A stretch of 64,000 nt of DNA from Octopus vulgaris (taxonomy: Eukaryota), in the NCBI GenBank assembly GCA_951406725.2, contig OX597815.1, positions 151,280,001 to 151,344,000 on the forward strand, given 5' to 3'. A model generated the notes under the pieces. The model saw only the letters and a list, made by a program, of their open reading frames with translations, was not told where the DNA came from and searched no databases. Each line of letters begins with the position of its first letter. Within the stretch, counting starts at the first letter, position 1. Below are positions 41,759-55,050 of this stretch, one piece after another. Both the position numbers and the translations under genes were made by a program.

Positions 41759-42653
41759 TAGGTATTTTACACTCAACTTTTAGCAGTGTATCAAAAATTT
41801 TTATGAAATAATGCAATATTTTACAATAATGCAAGATAAAATATTTGTCACCAAACAATGCAGTAGTTATTCACCATATTTTATTTTATTGTGGGTCAAA
41901 AATCTGAAGTATTCAAATACTATTACATCCTTTTCATTTTATCTTAGTAAATTTATTTATATCTTAGTATAACCCAATGAACAAGTTTTGTCAGGCGTAC
42001 CAAAACCTGCAAAATCATGCACAGCAGATGTACTTGAAATTCAAAGTCACTGAAAACAAATTTCATTTTCAATAGACAACAAATGAAAATAAATGTGACC
42101 AACTATTCATATCCGTGAAGATCAAAATGACATTGGAGCCTCTTTGTGGTTGTTAGATCTGCTAGAAATAGCAGTCAAATTTCTCTCAAATCAAAGCCAG
42201 CCATCTTAAAACAATGAACAATACATTGAATAATGTAGTTCTAGATACCCAGAAAATAAAGATGGAGTGGCCATAGTTGGAATGCTTTTGAGTGAAGGTC
42301 ACTGTAATCAGGGGACTGCTTGAGGTCCAAATAACAATAACCAATAACAAGGCTATTGTGTTATAGTTTTGAAAATAATTTAAACATTTTAAAGCTATAT
42401 ATCAGTAATCACATGTTTCATTTATTTTGACTTAATAATACTAAAATTGGCTCCATTAAACTCCCATGGGCCATGGATATGTTTACACACATACGTATGT
42501 GCCTATATATAAATGTAAGTACATATATGTGTTTGTGTGTGTGTGTATACATATATATATACATATATAATAATAATAAATATTAGGGAATAAATCCAAA
42601 TTTACAGGGAAAAATCAGATTTAGGATTGAATCCAATTTTATAGTAAAATATT

Positions 42654-42976
42654 ATATTATATTAAATTAGAGACAAAACCACTATTATGCAAATCAAACA
42701 AAGAAAGACTTAAGCCAATACATAAAATAATTTATATAAATTAAATTTAATTAAAATAACCACTACGATCGTTTTGTGTCAGCACTTCTATGAGACATTC
42801 TTCAGGTGGTTTCAAAATCTTCTTTGCAAGTTTTAAACTATGAAGTGCTGACACGAAACGATCGTAGTGGTTATTTTAATAAAATTTAATTTATATAAAT
42901 TATTTTATGTATTGGCTTAAGTCTTTCTTTGTTTGATTTGCATAATAGTGGTTTTGTCTCTAATTTAAAATAATAT
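42654..42976. repeat. Inverted repeat (~135-bp arms), Penelope-like, with a hammerhead motif
   Basis: Near-perfect arms. The minus strand at 42759-42810 reads accac-CTGAAGA-atgtc..gacac-aAAA-cgatcg-TA-gtggt. Confidence 0.75.
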
Positions 42977-43033
42977 ATACATATATATATATATGAAACT
43001 CAAATATTTTCTCTATTTAACCTTCTCACACCA

Positions 43034-43079
43034 TCTCTGATGAAGGGATATCCATAATATCCCAGAAACAGCTGTAAGA
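43034..43079 (+). ncRNA. Minimal type I hammerhead ribozyme (Penelope-type)
   Basis: tct-CTGATGA-a-gggatat(ccata)atatccc-a-GAAA-cagctg-TA-aga: intact core, 7-bp stem II, palindromic stem III. Confidence 0.75.
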
Positions 43080-43776
43080 CTATTTCCTTATAAATGTCCT
43101 GAAAACTCCTTACAGCCTTGCCTTTGTTATCTCATTCTGTTTAATATATATATATATATATATGTATCATTATCATCATCATCGTTTAACATTCACTGTC
43201 CATGCTAGCATGGGTTGAACGATTTGACTGAGGACTGGCAAACCAGATGGCTGCACCATGCTCCAATCTGATCTGCAGAGTTTCTACAGCTGGATGCCCT
43301 TCCTAACACCAACCACTCCAAGAGTGTAGTGGGTGCTTTTACGTGCCAGTCAGGTGGTACTGGCAACGGCCACACTCAAGTGGTGTTTTTTACGTGCCAC
43401 TTGCACAGGAGCCAGTCAAGTGGCACTGGCAATGACCTTGTGATACACAACTAAGAGAATTACTAATGGTTTCATACTTTTACAGTACTTGAAGAGGCAT
43501 ATTTATAAGATACACCATGTATCCCTAAAGAATCTTTTAGGTTCTGTTAAAGACCTATTGAATGTTCTAGAGCAGTGACGGTACTGAAGAATCAGAGTAA
43601 TAGCAAAATATCAATATCTATCATTCTTCTTCCTCTTCATTGGAGCAAGTTGTCTCACCTAGTCTAAGACATTCAGTACTCTTTAACTTTTGGCATCATG
43701 TAAGGATCTTCCCATTCATGCTATCTAACAGCAAACTGGCATATAAACTAAACACATATGTATGTGCAGCTGATAA

Positions 43777-43818
<42 letters not shown>

Positions 43819-44852
43819 TGGCTATGTGGTAAGTAGGTTGCTTACCAACCACATGGTTCTGGGTTCAGTGTCACTGTGTGGCATCTTGGTCAAGGGTCTT
43901 CCACTATAGCCTCGGGCCGACCAAAGCCTTGTGAGTGGATTTGGTAGACGGAAACTGAAAGAAGCCCATCGCAAGTGTGTGTGTGTGTATATATGTATGT
44001 ATGTATGTGTGTGTGTGTTTGTTCCCCCACCATTGCTTGACAACCAATGTCGGTGTGTTTATGTCCCCGTAACTTACCAGTTCAGCAAAACAGACTGATA
44101 GATTAAGTACTACTCTTACAAAGAATAAGTCATGGGGTCAATTTGTTCGACTAAAGGTGATGCTCCAGCATGGTCACAGTCAAATGACTGAAACAAATAA
44201 AAGAGTAAAAGAATATTATATATGTATATATAATTTTTTTTTCTGAATTTGTGTAAATATATATAGAATAATATATCAGTTGAATAAAGTTAAAACATGG
44301 TCTGGTTTACATATTTTTTTCTTTTATTACAGTAGTTAAAAAAAATAATAATTTTTTTTACAATGTTGAAGTGTGTTGAACATTAAAAAAATATTTTGTA
44401 ATGTTCATAAAAGACAATTAGTGCTTATCTGATTTTCTCCACTCCAATACACACGCAAGCATGTATCTGACTCATACACTGTTCACTTCCCAGACATTTG
44501 TACATTAAGGCACATGCTTTATACGCACTTCATCATCATCATCATCATCATTATTATTATTATTATTATTATTATACATTTGTAGTAATCATCAAATTTC
44601 AAAATGTATTTAACTGACACTAGAGGTCTTGACAAATGTAGTAAAATTACTGATTTCTTCCTTTTTGTACCTCTTATGGGCATAGTGATATTACTGGTAT
44701 AGATCCCACCTCTAGTTTAACTAATTAGCCTGCAGTTTATGAGTGAGTAAACTTAATTGGTTTTGATCATTTTTATTTCAATTGGTGGGAGTTTCTGTAA
44801 TTTGTTTATATTCATATGTTATTTTTTAAATCCACATCATTAACTGGTTGTT

Positions 44853-44921
<69 letters not shown>

Positions 44922-44939
44922 CAGGTTGTTATATATATT

Positions 44940-45303
44940 GGCACAGGAGTGGCTGTGTGGTAAGTAGCTTGCTTACCAACCACATGGTACTAGGCTCAGT
45001 CCCACTGTGTGGCATCTTGGGCAAGTGTCTTCTACTCTAGCCTCGGGCCAACCAAAGCCTTGTGAGTGGATTTCGTAGACAGAAACTGAAAGAAAGCCAT
45101 CGTATATATGTATATATATGTGTGTTTGTATGTCTGTGTTTGTTCCCCTAACATTGCTTGACAACCGATGCTGGTGTGTTTATGTCCCCATCACTTAGCA
45201 GTTTGGCAAAAGAAACTGATAGAATAAGTCCCAGGGTTGATTTGCTTGACTAAAGGCGGTGCTCCAGCATGGCCACAGTCAAATGACTGAAACGAGTAAA
45301 AGA
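44940..45303 (+). mobile_element. tRNA-derived SINE (family A)
   Basis: Full copy. Others at 43815-44212(+), 8645-9228(-) and 56318-56718(-). Confidence 0.85.
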
Positions 45304-46399
45304 ATATATATATAATACAAAGTAATAGGTATTTTTAAATCCAGGCACTTGTAAGCACTCAGTGGCTATGCAAACTTATGTCAAGCTATAAGAAACTGTT
45401 AAATCCAAATAGAATGTACATCTGCTGTAATACATTGAATAATTTCAAAAAATTCCAAAGTATATTAAAAGACATTAACAAGAATAAAGAATAACATATA
45501 TTTAATACAGGATAACATTATACAAAGACCAACACATGTTTCTATTACTTCAGTATTTTTAGATATAATATATGGTACAATATACAAATCAGTCCTTATT
45601 AGATTGATTGTGAAATCCAATATACCCAAAACTTCTACAAACACAATGTTTTCAAGGCAACCTACACAGACATGAATCTAATAAGAACTGAGAATTTAGC
45701 AACAATACAGGGAAATCACTAATTTCAAGAAGAAAATGGAATGCAGAAAAATGGAAAGCTAAGATGGAATATGACATGCTAAGAAAAGTTAGTTTGGTAT
45801 TTAAACTGGCCATAACCGGCCAAAAGTATTCTGCCTGTTTTATGTTCAAACTGGCCAGATCTGGTCTCTCAGATCAACCCTACAATATCGTTTTAAAAAT
45901 TAACTTCTCCCTCATTGAAATCTCATAGCTACAAGATAATGCATGATTAATTCAAAACAACGTGGATAAAAAAAGCATTAATTTTGGCAGAATAATGCGA
46001 ACACTAAAGGGTTAAAGTTAAGATGACCTCTGTAGAAAGCGTAGGAATATATAAATAAAAATGCAAAAAAGCTACCTCAGTGAGTGTAGGTAGCTGGTTG
46101 TTTAGGTCAGCTAAAAATACATTTGAAAAAGATCACTGATGTCAATAAAATGATAATATTTTTATAATGTTATAACAAAAAAATGACACAGTGAATCAAG
46201 AATGTAATGTTGAATGTCTCTCAGGAAGTAAAGAGACATGTTCACTTAAATAATGAGTACAAAATCAATAATAGAAAGGCTAAAACATGGGATTGGAGAA
46301 TTGGAGGAAAAAATTCAATTATGTAAGCATTTTTACGTCTCCTTTTTCCAAGAACAATGTGATTTATTGACAAACGGTCACTGGTGTTGGAGAGCATAA

Positions 46400-47900
46400 A
46401 TGTTAAAGTTAGCTGACATAGAGCCAGCCGGACATTGGAAAAGAGTTACCTGTATCATGATGATTCATGCTGGGTGTGAAAATGCTGACATTATGACTGC
46501 TGTTCAATGCTATGTGAACATTGTAAAGGTTGTAATTGTGACATGGATAGCTGCAATGGAGACTCTGAAGCCATGGCCAGCAGGCATTCTTACTGTGTCT
46601 ACATGCAGGATTCATTCAACAACTGATGAACAGAGCCTTGGGTTCAGTTCAGAGCTCTATGTGAAGCTGCTGGAGACAGTGGTCAAACCCTAGCTGGAAA
46701 GGGTTGCTGCTGGAAAGCCATGTTGTGGTTGCAGGTTTTGGTTCCTTTTATTTGTATAATTTGTCATAAGGACGTTACACAGATGTAGCTGCAGGCTGGA
46801 CATTACATTAATGAGATGAAATGATAAACAAAATTATGATATTAATGAGAGGAGCAAAAGACGCCCACTGATCTTCTGCTTCTCTAAAACATTGTTCTTT
46901 TTTTTCCAAAACAAAAAACAAAACGAGGTATTAAACCTCTTACCTCAGTTCTACAATTACTGGACTTAATAGTACATTACAAATTGAGGTGCTGAGCCTC
47001 TTACAAGTAATAAACATTTAAGCACTAAAACCTCTTCATCCTTCCTCCCCAAACAGGCCATATGCATCCCGCAGGCAATGCTCCAACTCCAGGTCGGGGT
47101 TCCAGAAGGTGAACCTAAACTGGTCCTTCGGGAATGAGTCCAACACCCTGAATATATCGACTTCTGATATGACCTCTGTAGTCACCTGCAGAGGCCAATC
47201 CGGGTCTTCAGTCCACAGCATGGGCTCCTTCCCATGGCCCTCTAGTTTCCTTAAGAAACTCTGTATTGCCCTTCCCTTATGGAAGAAGATAAGAAAATCG
47301 TCTCTCATCGCTCTGGCAGTGGCCAGAGTTTTTTCTCTTGGTGGCACACTTCTCACCAGGACATGCCGGCAGTGTATCACCAACCACCGGCAATGTCCCA
47401 TTGTTTATATTTTTCTTTTTTCTTTTTCTTCCCTTTGCTATGGGAGGATGTAGTACCTCTGCTTTATCTGGAGGATCTTCCCCTGCTCCCACAGCTTTAG
47501 GGTCGTTCGGTGGGCAACCATTGTTGACCACCTTTTTTTTTTTTGCTTTCTTTTGAGGAGGTTTTGGCTTGTTGCCATACTTCCAGAAAGATTCAGAAGT
47601 GGTTGTTGGAGAACTTCTATGACTTCACCAGCCCCAATTTCTAGTCTGCTAATTCCTCTGATTGTAATCCCATACATTACTATGCATCAGGTGCAGTTGA
47701 GAAAGACTGCTCTGCTGACAACAAAATGCTTGAGCTGGTGGCCATGATGAAGGACGTTTTTGAAGATCTTCCCAGAAACACGGTGAGGAATGCATGTGCC
47801 AGGTTCCAGGGCCATCTTGAGGCTATGGTGGAAGCTGGGAGTGGATACTTAGAGGAAACAGTTATCCCCCAGCTATAATCTAGTTGATATTTTTTTGATA
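46400..47900 (+). mobile_element. Degenerate, internally deleted maT-like (DD37D) transposon split by a retroelement insertion
   Basis: YVKLLETVVKP*LE.. before 46747. After 47573 it resumes as CHTSRKIQKWLLENFYDFTSPNF*..DCNPIHYYA..VRNACARFQGHLEAMVEAGSGYLE. Confidence 0.7.
46748..47558 (-). mobile_element. 5'-truncated ORF1-only retroelement, copy 3 (same family as 61692-63522)
   Basis: Shares NNGCPP.DP, KG.AI.SF, P.WP.QV and 3' UTR cttctctaaaacattgttcttt with copy 2. Degenerate 15-bp TSD aggttttggttcctt / aggttttggcttgtt. Confidence 0.8.
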
Positions 47901-48706
47901 TTCTAAAATACTTTTATTTTTGGATGAGATGCCAGTGCTGCCTGACTGGCTCCTATGCTGGTGGCATGTAAAAAGCACCATCCTAACATGGCTGATGCCA
48001 GTGCTGAGTGGCTCCTGTGCCAGTGAAACATAAAAAGCACCCACTACACTCTTGCAGTGGTTGGCATTAGGAAGGAGATCAGGCTGTAGAAACATTGCCA
48101 GATCAGATTAGAGCCTGGTGCAGCCACTGGCTTTCCAGACCTCAGTCAAACCGTCCAACCCATGCCAGCCTGGAAAATATACATTAAACGATGATGATGA
48201 TGATGAGATATTGTGTTCCCTTTTCCTTTTATGTGAAACTGTCAAATTCAGCTTGAACACACTGTACACACACACTCACACACACACAAACACATACATA
48301 CATACTTTATTCAGATTACAAGTTCAGGCTTATATCTGTACTTATTGGGGCACTAGGATATGTAGCACACTACCCCTAATATCAATCTTGAGACCAGAAA
48401 GGAGAAAGCTGATTTGAAGACTACAGATCCAAGCCATCACTGGAACTGTAAAAATCTGTAAAACTTTCCAGAAGATTAACATTTATGTCTAGATATGCAA
48501 CTATATGCATGAGAAGATATAAGACAAAACATTCAAATCTGCATGTATACATACATACATACATACATACATACCCTGTTGTTGATGTTGAAATTCCAAT
48601 GAAGGAGCCTTAGATCTAGGTTAGAGACTGGCTCTTTCTGTATTGGCAAGAAATCTTGGAATAAAACTGAATGACATACATACATATGCACATACATACA
48701 CACACA

Positions 48707-48762
<56 letters not shown>

Positions 48763-48879
48763 CGCACACACATATGCACCACAATACTAACTCCCTATGT
48801 GGCACGATGTTGTTGCTAAAACAATTTACAATGCCATCCGCTAAAAAGACTGTCCTGAAATAAACTTAGAAAATCCCTC

Positions 48880-49380
48880 TGTTACATTCATTTACACCAA
48901 CACAAGGAATACTGGTGGAATATTCCCATCAAAACTTCTGTCAAATGTAAATACAACAGGCCAGATATTGTTGTTTGGGACAGAGATTCAAAGGTATCTA
49001 CCATCATAGAGGTCAGCTACCCTGCAGATATAAACATTTCTTTGAAAATCAAAGGAAAAATTGATATCTATGGATAACTGCTTCAAAACCTCCAGACTAT
49101 GAATTCCTATTCATACCAATAATAATTGGAGCACTAGGTCTTGTCAGTAAATGCTTAAAGGAGAATCGAGATAAACTGAGATTTTCCGAAAGAGAAATTG
49201 ACTGGCTGATTCGTACATTACAAGTGCAATCTGTGAGTGGAACAGTAAAAATATGCAAGATTTTTCTCAAGTTACGAATGTGAATTTGTCTGTATTAACT
49301 ATATCCCAAAGATAAAGCCTTGTATCTTTGTTGGAGACCAGCACCCTCCTCAGTGGAAGATTTATAATAATTAAAAAACA
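48880..49380 (+). mobile_element. RLE-type (R2/R4/NeSL-like) LINE endonuclease fragment
   Basis: EYWWNIPIKT..NRPDIVVWD..IIEVSYP..IPIIIGALG..LQVQSVSGTVKICK. Confidence 0.75.
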
Positions 49381-50319
49381 GAAGAGACATACACACATGC
49401 TTCCACAAACTGTTTTAGGAGGCCTTATAATCACAAGCAGACACAAACATATTCTCATCTTTGTCCCCACTCTGGACCCAGTGGCATGTAAAGATATGTA
49501 ACAGCTGGAAGAAAAGGAAGCTGTACAAATACTGAGGCGTGTCTCTTAAACTGGCTTCAATAATGTCCATTGCAATAAAGTTTTGCCTTCATTCACAATA
49601 TGAGTCATGAGGATATTTGTCATTGTAAACTTAAAAATCGAAAAAATGCACTTTGCTATATAGGACACGTGTAAATCTTATGAATGATATTTATACATTT
49701 ATAGATTTTAGTATTTTTTTTTTTTTTTTTTTTTTGTACTTGTTTCAGTCATTTGACTGCGGCCATGCTGGAGCACCGCCTTCAGAGTGGTGAAAGAGTA
49801 CAGCAGGGATCACCACCTCCTGCCGGAGCCTCGTGGAGCTTTTAGGTGTTTTTTTCGCTCAATAAACACACACAACGCCCGGTCTGGGAATCGAAACCGC
49901 GATCCTCCGACCGCAAGTCCGCTGCCCTAACCACTAGGCCATTGCGCCTCCACAGTATGTTCTGATGCACTAAGTAACTTCTCTGTTATCTTAAAGAGAT
50001 AAAAATAGAATTGCTAAAAAAATAAAAAGAAATCTGTAAAATAAAAAAAAAGAATAAAATTGATGTGAGGGAAGAATTAACAGGTGGTTTGTATTATAAC
50101 AATCAGTCATGCTGTTGGTTGGAAAGTGAAGGATGTCTACTTTAAATATTGTTAGTGAATGTGATGAATATAACGTCTAATATCACATACATGCACACAC
50201 ACACACCAGTTTGCGCACAAAATATTTCTAGCAAAATAGTAATTTCATAAGTAGTAGTTCATCATTTAGTTTAAGTGACCTTTTCAATCTACATCATATA
50301 TATACTTTATTCTCTCCAG

Positions 50320-50640
50320 TGCTGCCAATGTGGAGAATATACCACCAGTACCTCCCAAATGATCTCAGCATTAGCTTCAAAATTCATCCAAGGCTAGGAC
50401 CATGAGCCATACATCCCCTACCCAGTTCAGGATCCCAACACATAAACATACTGCAGCACAATTTCTTTTCCTCAACAGGCCCTGCCTTCTTTAACATTGT
50501 CCCAAAACAGATCAAAGAGGAGAAGGATCCCATTACCTTTAAACGGAATCTGGACAAATTTCTTCAAGAAATACTAGATAAGCAACCTATAGCTGCATAC
50601 TACTCACTCAACATGAACTCCCTACTCGAATGAACCATGA
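50320..50640 (+). mobile_element. CR1/L2-group LINE ORF2 C-terminal remnant
   Basis: HNFFSSTGPAFFNIVPKQIKE..ITFKRNLDKFL. Confidence 0.6.
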
Positions 50641-50683
50641 TACCACAAAACTTGACTTTAAAAGGATTTAGCTAATCTTATCA

Positions 50684-51048
50684 TCTCTATATATATAAAC
50701 AGCAAAATGTCTGTGTGTGTGTCCTTTATACAAATCCACAATTTTTTAGTTAAAGGGGCTCGCATTTTCTATAGTCATTTAAAACCGTCCAAGGGTGGTC
50801 GTGCATATCTTTACATTTCCCCAGTCACCCCGCAAAGCCGTTAAAAAATCAATAGAAGTAACTTTTTTGTGAATTTTCTATCCAAAACCCAATCAAAATG
50901 CCCGAAACTTGATACGCCAATTGAATGCGAGCTAGCTGTATGTGATTGGCAGGAGATTTGGCTAGTACTCGTGTTTATGTGCACACGCACACAGCTGTAT
51001 ATGCATACACTAGCACTATGACCCAGTGTTGCCGGGTCATAGTGCTAG
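50684..51048 (+). mobile_element. Non-autonomous Helitron
   Basis: A|TCtctatatatataa 5' end, 3' GC-containing hairpin and CTAG|T terminus, no TSD. Confidence 0.7.
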
Positions 51049-51057
51049 TTGTATATA

Positions 51058-52324
51058 AAGGGATTGGACAAAATAATGGAAACACCTTAAAATTTCAAAC
51101 AAATTTATTTTAATATTGGGTAGGATTGCCTTTGGCCATAATTGCAGCTTGAATTCTACAAGGTATGGACTTGTACAAATTTTGAATTGTTTCCAGAGAA
51201 AATTTGTCCATGCTTCAGCTAAAACAGTCTCCAGTTCTTGTAGAGATGATGGTGGAGGATCTCAACTCCTAACTTGTTTTTCTAAAATGCACCATAAATG
51301 TTCAATAATATTGAGATCTGGGGACTGTGGTGGCCAAATAAGATGTTCAACTTCACTAGAATGTTCCTCGTGCCATTTAGTAATAACTTTAGCTGTGTGA
51401 ATTGGTACATTATCATCCTGAAAGATTGTGTTTCCCTCCAGAAACAGTTCCACAACCATAGGATGAATTTGATCAGATAAAATGCTTAAATAGTCTTGAC
51501 TATTAATTCTGCCATGAAGGGAAACCATTGAGCCAGTGGATTTCCAAGATATAGCCCCCACAAGATCATCACAGATCCTCCTCCATGTTTAACAGGTGGA
51601 AGAAGGCAATCTGGGTCAAATGCTTCTTTTGGCTGTCTCTACATATATACTTGGCTGGTGGTTGGAAATACAGTAAAAGATGACTCGTCCGAGAAAATAA
51701 CATTCTTCCACTGCTCTAGGGATCAATTCTGTAGGTTTTTACTCCACTCTAAACGCATTGCAACATTTGTTTTTGAAAGTAGTGGTTTTCTGTTTGCAGC
51801 CCTCCTGTGAAATCCAACTTTGTGCAGCTCCTGGCGAACAGTTATTGTGGAAACTGGGTTCTCGAGGTGGTCATTAAGCTTTGCAGTAGTTTTGGGAGTT
51901 GTACTTTTGTGATCCTTTCTAACAATTCCTGTAAGAGTCCAATGGTCCCTATCTGAAAGTTTTGGCTTTCTTCTGGAGTTTTGTTTTGATGAGGATGTTT
52001 TACATCTTTCTCAAAGGCTGTCATTACTTTTGAGACACTTCTTGATACACCAAAGATTTTGGCTGTTTTCATTATGCTAGTGCCTGCCATATGAGCACTA
52101 ACAATTTGACCACTGTGAAAGTCCGATAGATCTGTAATTTTAATGAATTTTAATTACCCTTTTCTGATGATATCTGAAAAGAAACAGCAATTTCAGCAAA
52201 ACATATTAAGCAACACTAATAATAAATAAAAAAACATAAAAATAAACAAGCTTTTGACGATTTTATAGACATTTCAAAATTATGATGCTATGTTAGGTGT
52301 TTCCATTATTTTGTCCAACCCCTG
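51058..52324 (-). mobile_element. Tc1-like transposon with DD36E spacing, pseudogenised
   Basis: 30-bp TIRs (caggggttggacaaaataatggaaacacct, 28/30 match) and TA TSD. FSDES..FQDDNVPIH..WPPQSPDLNIIEHLW, with stops and frameshifts. Confidence 0.9.
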
Positions 52325-52394
52325 TATATGTATACATACATACATACATATATGGTCCCTATCTGAAAGTTTTGGCTTTCTTTCTTCTGGCAAA

Positions 52395-54183
52395 CAGCCA
52401 CGATCGGATGGTGCTTTTTATGTGCCACCGGCACGGGGGCCAGGCGAGGTGAGGCTGGCAATGGCCACGAACAGATGGTGCTTTTTACGTGCCACCGGCA
52501 CTGGTAACTCAGCTGCAATTTCCATTGATTGATTTCGATTCTGATTCTCACTTGCCTCAATGGGTCTTCACAAGTAGAGTTTTGTGTTCCAAGAAGAGAA
52601 GGTATGCATAAGTGGGCTGGCTACATCCCATGTAGAAGGTCACGGGTTATGGTCTCACTTGTCCTGCCGGGTCTTCTCGCGCACAGCATACTTCCAGAGG
52701 TCTCGGTCTCTAGTCATTTCCTTGGTGAGACCTAAAGTTCGAAGGTCGTGCTTCACCACCTCGTCCCAGGTTTTCCTGGGTCTGCCTCTTCCACAGGTTC
52801 CCTCAACCGCTAGGGTGTGGCACTTTTTCACACAACTATCTTCATCCATTCTCACCACATGTCCATACCAGTGCAAATGTCTCTCTTGCACACCACATCT
52901 GATGCTTCTTAGGTCCAGCTTTTCTCTCAAGGTACTTACATTCTGTCGAGTATGAATACTGACATTACACATCCATCAGAGCATACTGGCTTCATTTCTT
53001 GCGAGCTTATGCATATCCTCAGCAATCACAGCCCATGTTTCACTGCCATGTAGCATGGCTGTTCGTACACACGTGTTATACAGTCTGACTTTTACTCTGA
53101 GCGAGAGGCCTTTTGTCACCAGCAGAGGTAAGAGCTCTCTGAATTTTGCCCAAGCTATTCTTACTCTAGCAGTTACACTTTCAGCACACCCGCCCCGGCT
53201 GCTGACTTGGTCACCTAGGTAACGGAAGCTATCAACTATTTCTAGTTTTTCTCCCAGAAGTTGGTCTCAGAGCATTTTCAGTGTTTATTGTTCCTGAGCA
53301 TCTGCCACATACAAAAACCATCTTCCTAGTTAGCCTTCCTTTGACATTGCTGCACCTCTTATGTGTCCATAGCTTACACTTCGTGCATCTTATAGAGTTT
53401 CTACCTACACCTTTTCTACAGATCGAGCAGGGCCATCTACCTGAAGGCGTTTGTGATTTGTCTACTTGCCTACTTATTAGGACTTTGGTTTTAGCTAGAT
53501 TGACTCTAAGGCCCTTCGATTCTAATCCTTGCTTCCACACCTGAAACTTCTCCTCCAGTTCTGATAGTGAATCAGCAATTAGAGCAAGGTCATCAGTATA
53601 GAGGAGCTCCCAAGGGCATCCTGTCTTGAATTCCTCCGTTATTGCTTGGAGGACTATGATAAATAGGAGGGGGCTGAGGACTGAGCCTTGGTGGACCCCT
53701 ACCTCTACCCGGAATTCTTCACTGTACTCGTTGCCAACCCTACCTCACTAGCAGCGTCCCTGTACATGGCTCGCACAGCCCTCACTAACCATTCATCTAT
53801 CCCTAGTTTCCTCATTGACCACCAGATAAGGGATCGGGGGACCCTGTCGAAGGCTTTCTCCAAGTCAACAAAAGCCAGGTACAGGGGCTTATCTTTGGCT
53901 AGGTATTTCTCCTGCAGCTGCCTTACCAGGAATATAGCATCAGTGGTATTTTTCCCTGGCACGAACCCAAACTGCATCTCATCTAAACTAACTCTCTCTC
54001 TAATTAGTTGGGCTATGACCCTCTCCGTAACCTTCATTACCTGATCCAATAGCTTGATACCTCTGTAATTATTTGTATCTAGGGCGTCACCTTTACCTTT
54101 GTAGCAGTTGACTATTATGCTGCTACACCAGTCATTGGGTATGACTCCTTCGTGTATCACCTGATTAACTATACGGGTGACTA
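52395..54183 (-). mobile_element. 5'-truncated RTE LINE: RT, PHD-like finger and C-terminus
   Basis: ORFs 53705-54160, 53232-53540 and 52655-52972: NYRGIKLL, FVDLEKAFD, QGS, YTDD, C4HC3 finger, WYGHV. Few frameshifts. Confidence 0.95.
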
Positions 54184-54271
54184 GGCTATATATATATATA
54201 CATACAGGTATGTCTGGCTTTCCAATTTATGATTCTTTTCATTCTTAGTATATATGTATATATATATGTAC

Positions 54272-54317
<46 letters not shown>

Positions 54318-54489
54318 CACCCACTACACTCATGGAGTAGTTGGCGTTAGAAAGGGCATCCAGCTGTAGAAACACTGCCAGATCTGATTGGCCTGGTGCA
54401 GCCTTCGGGCTTCCCAGACCCCAGTTGAACCGTCCAACCCATGCTAGCATGGAAAGCGGACGTTAAACGATGATGATGATGATGATGAC

Positions 54490-54540
<51 letters not shown>

Positions 54541-54627
54541 TTATAAAATGAGATAGGGGTTGAAAATTCAACCCACCATGGGATTTAAGTATGCTTTATT
54601 GATTTAAGTATGTTTCTCCATTCTCTA

Positions 54628-55050
<423 letters not shown>

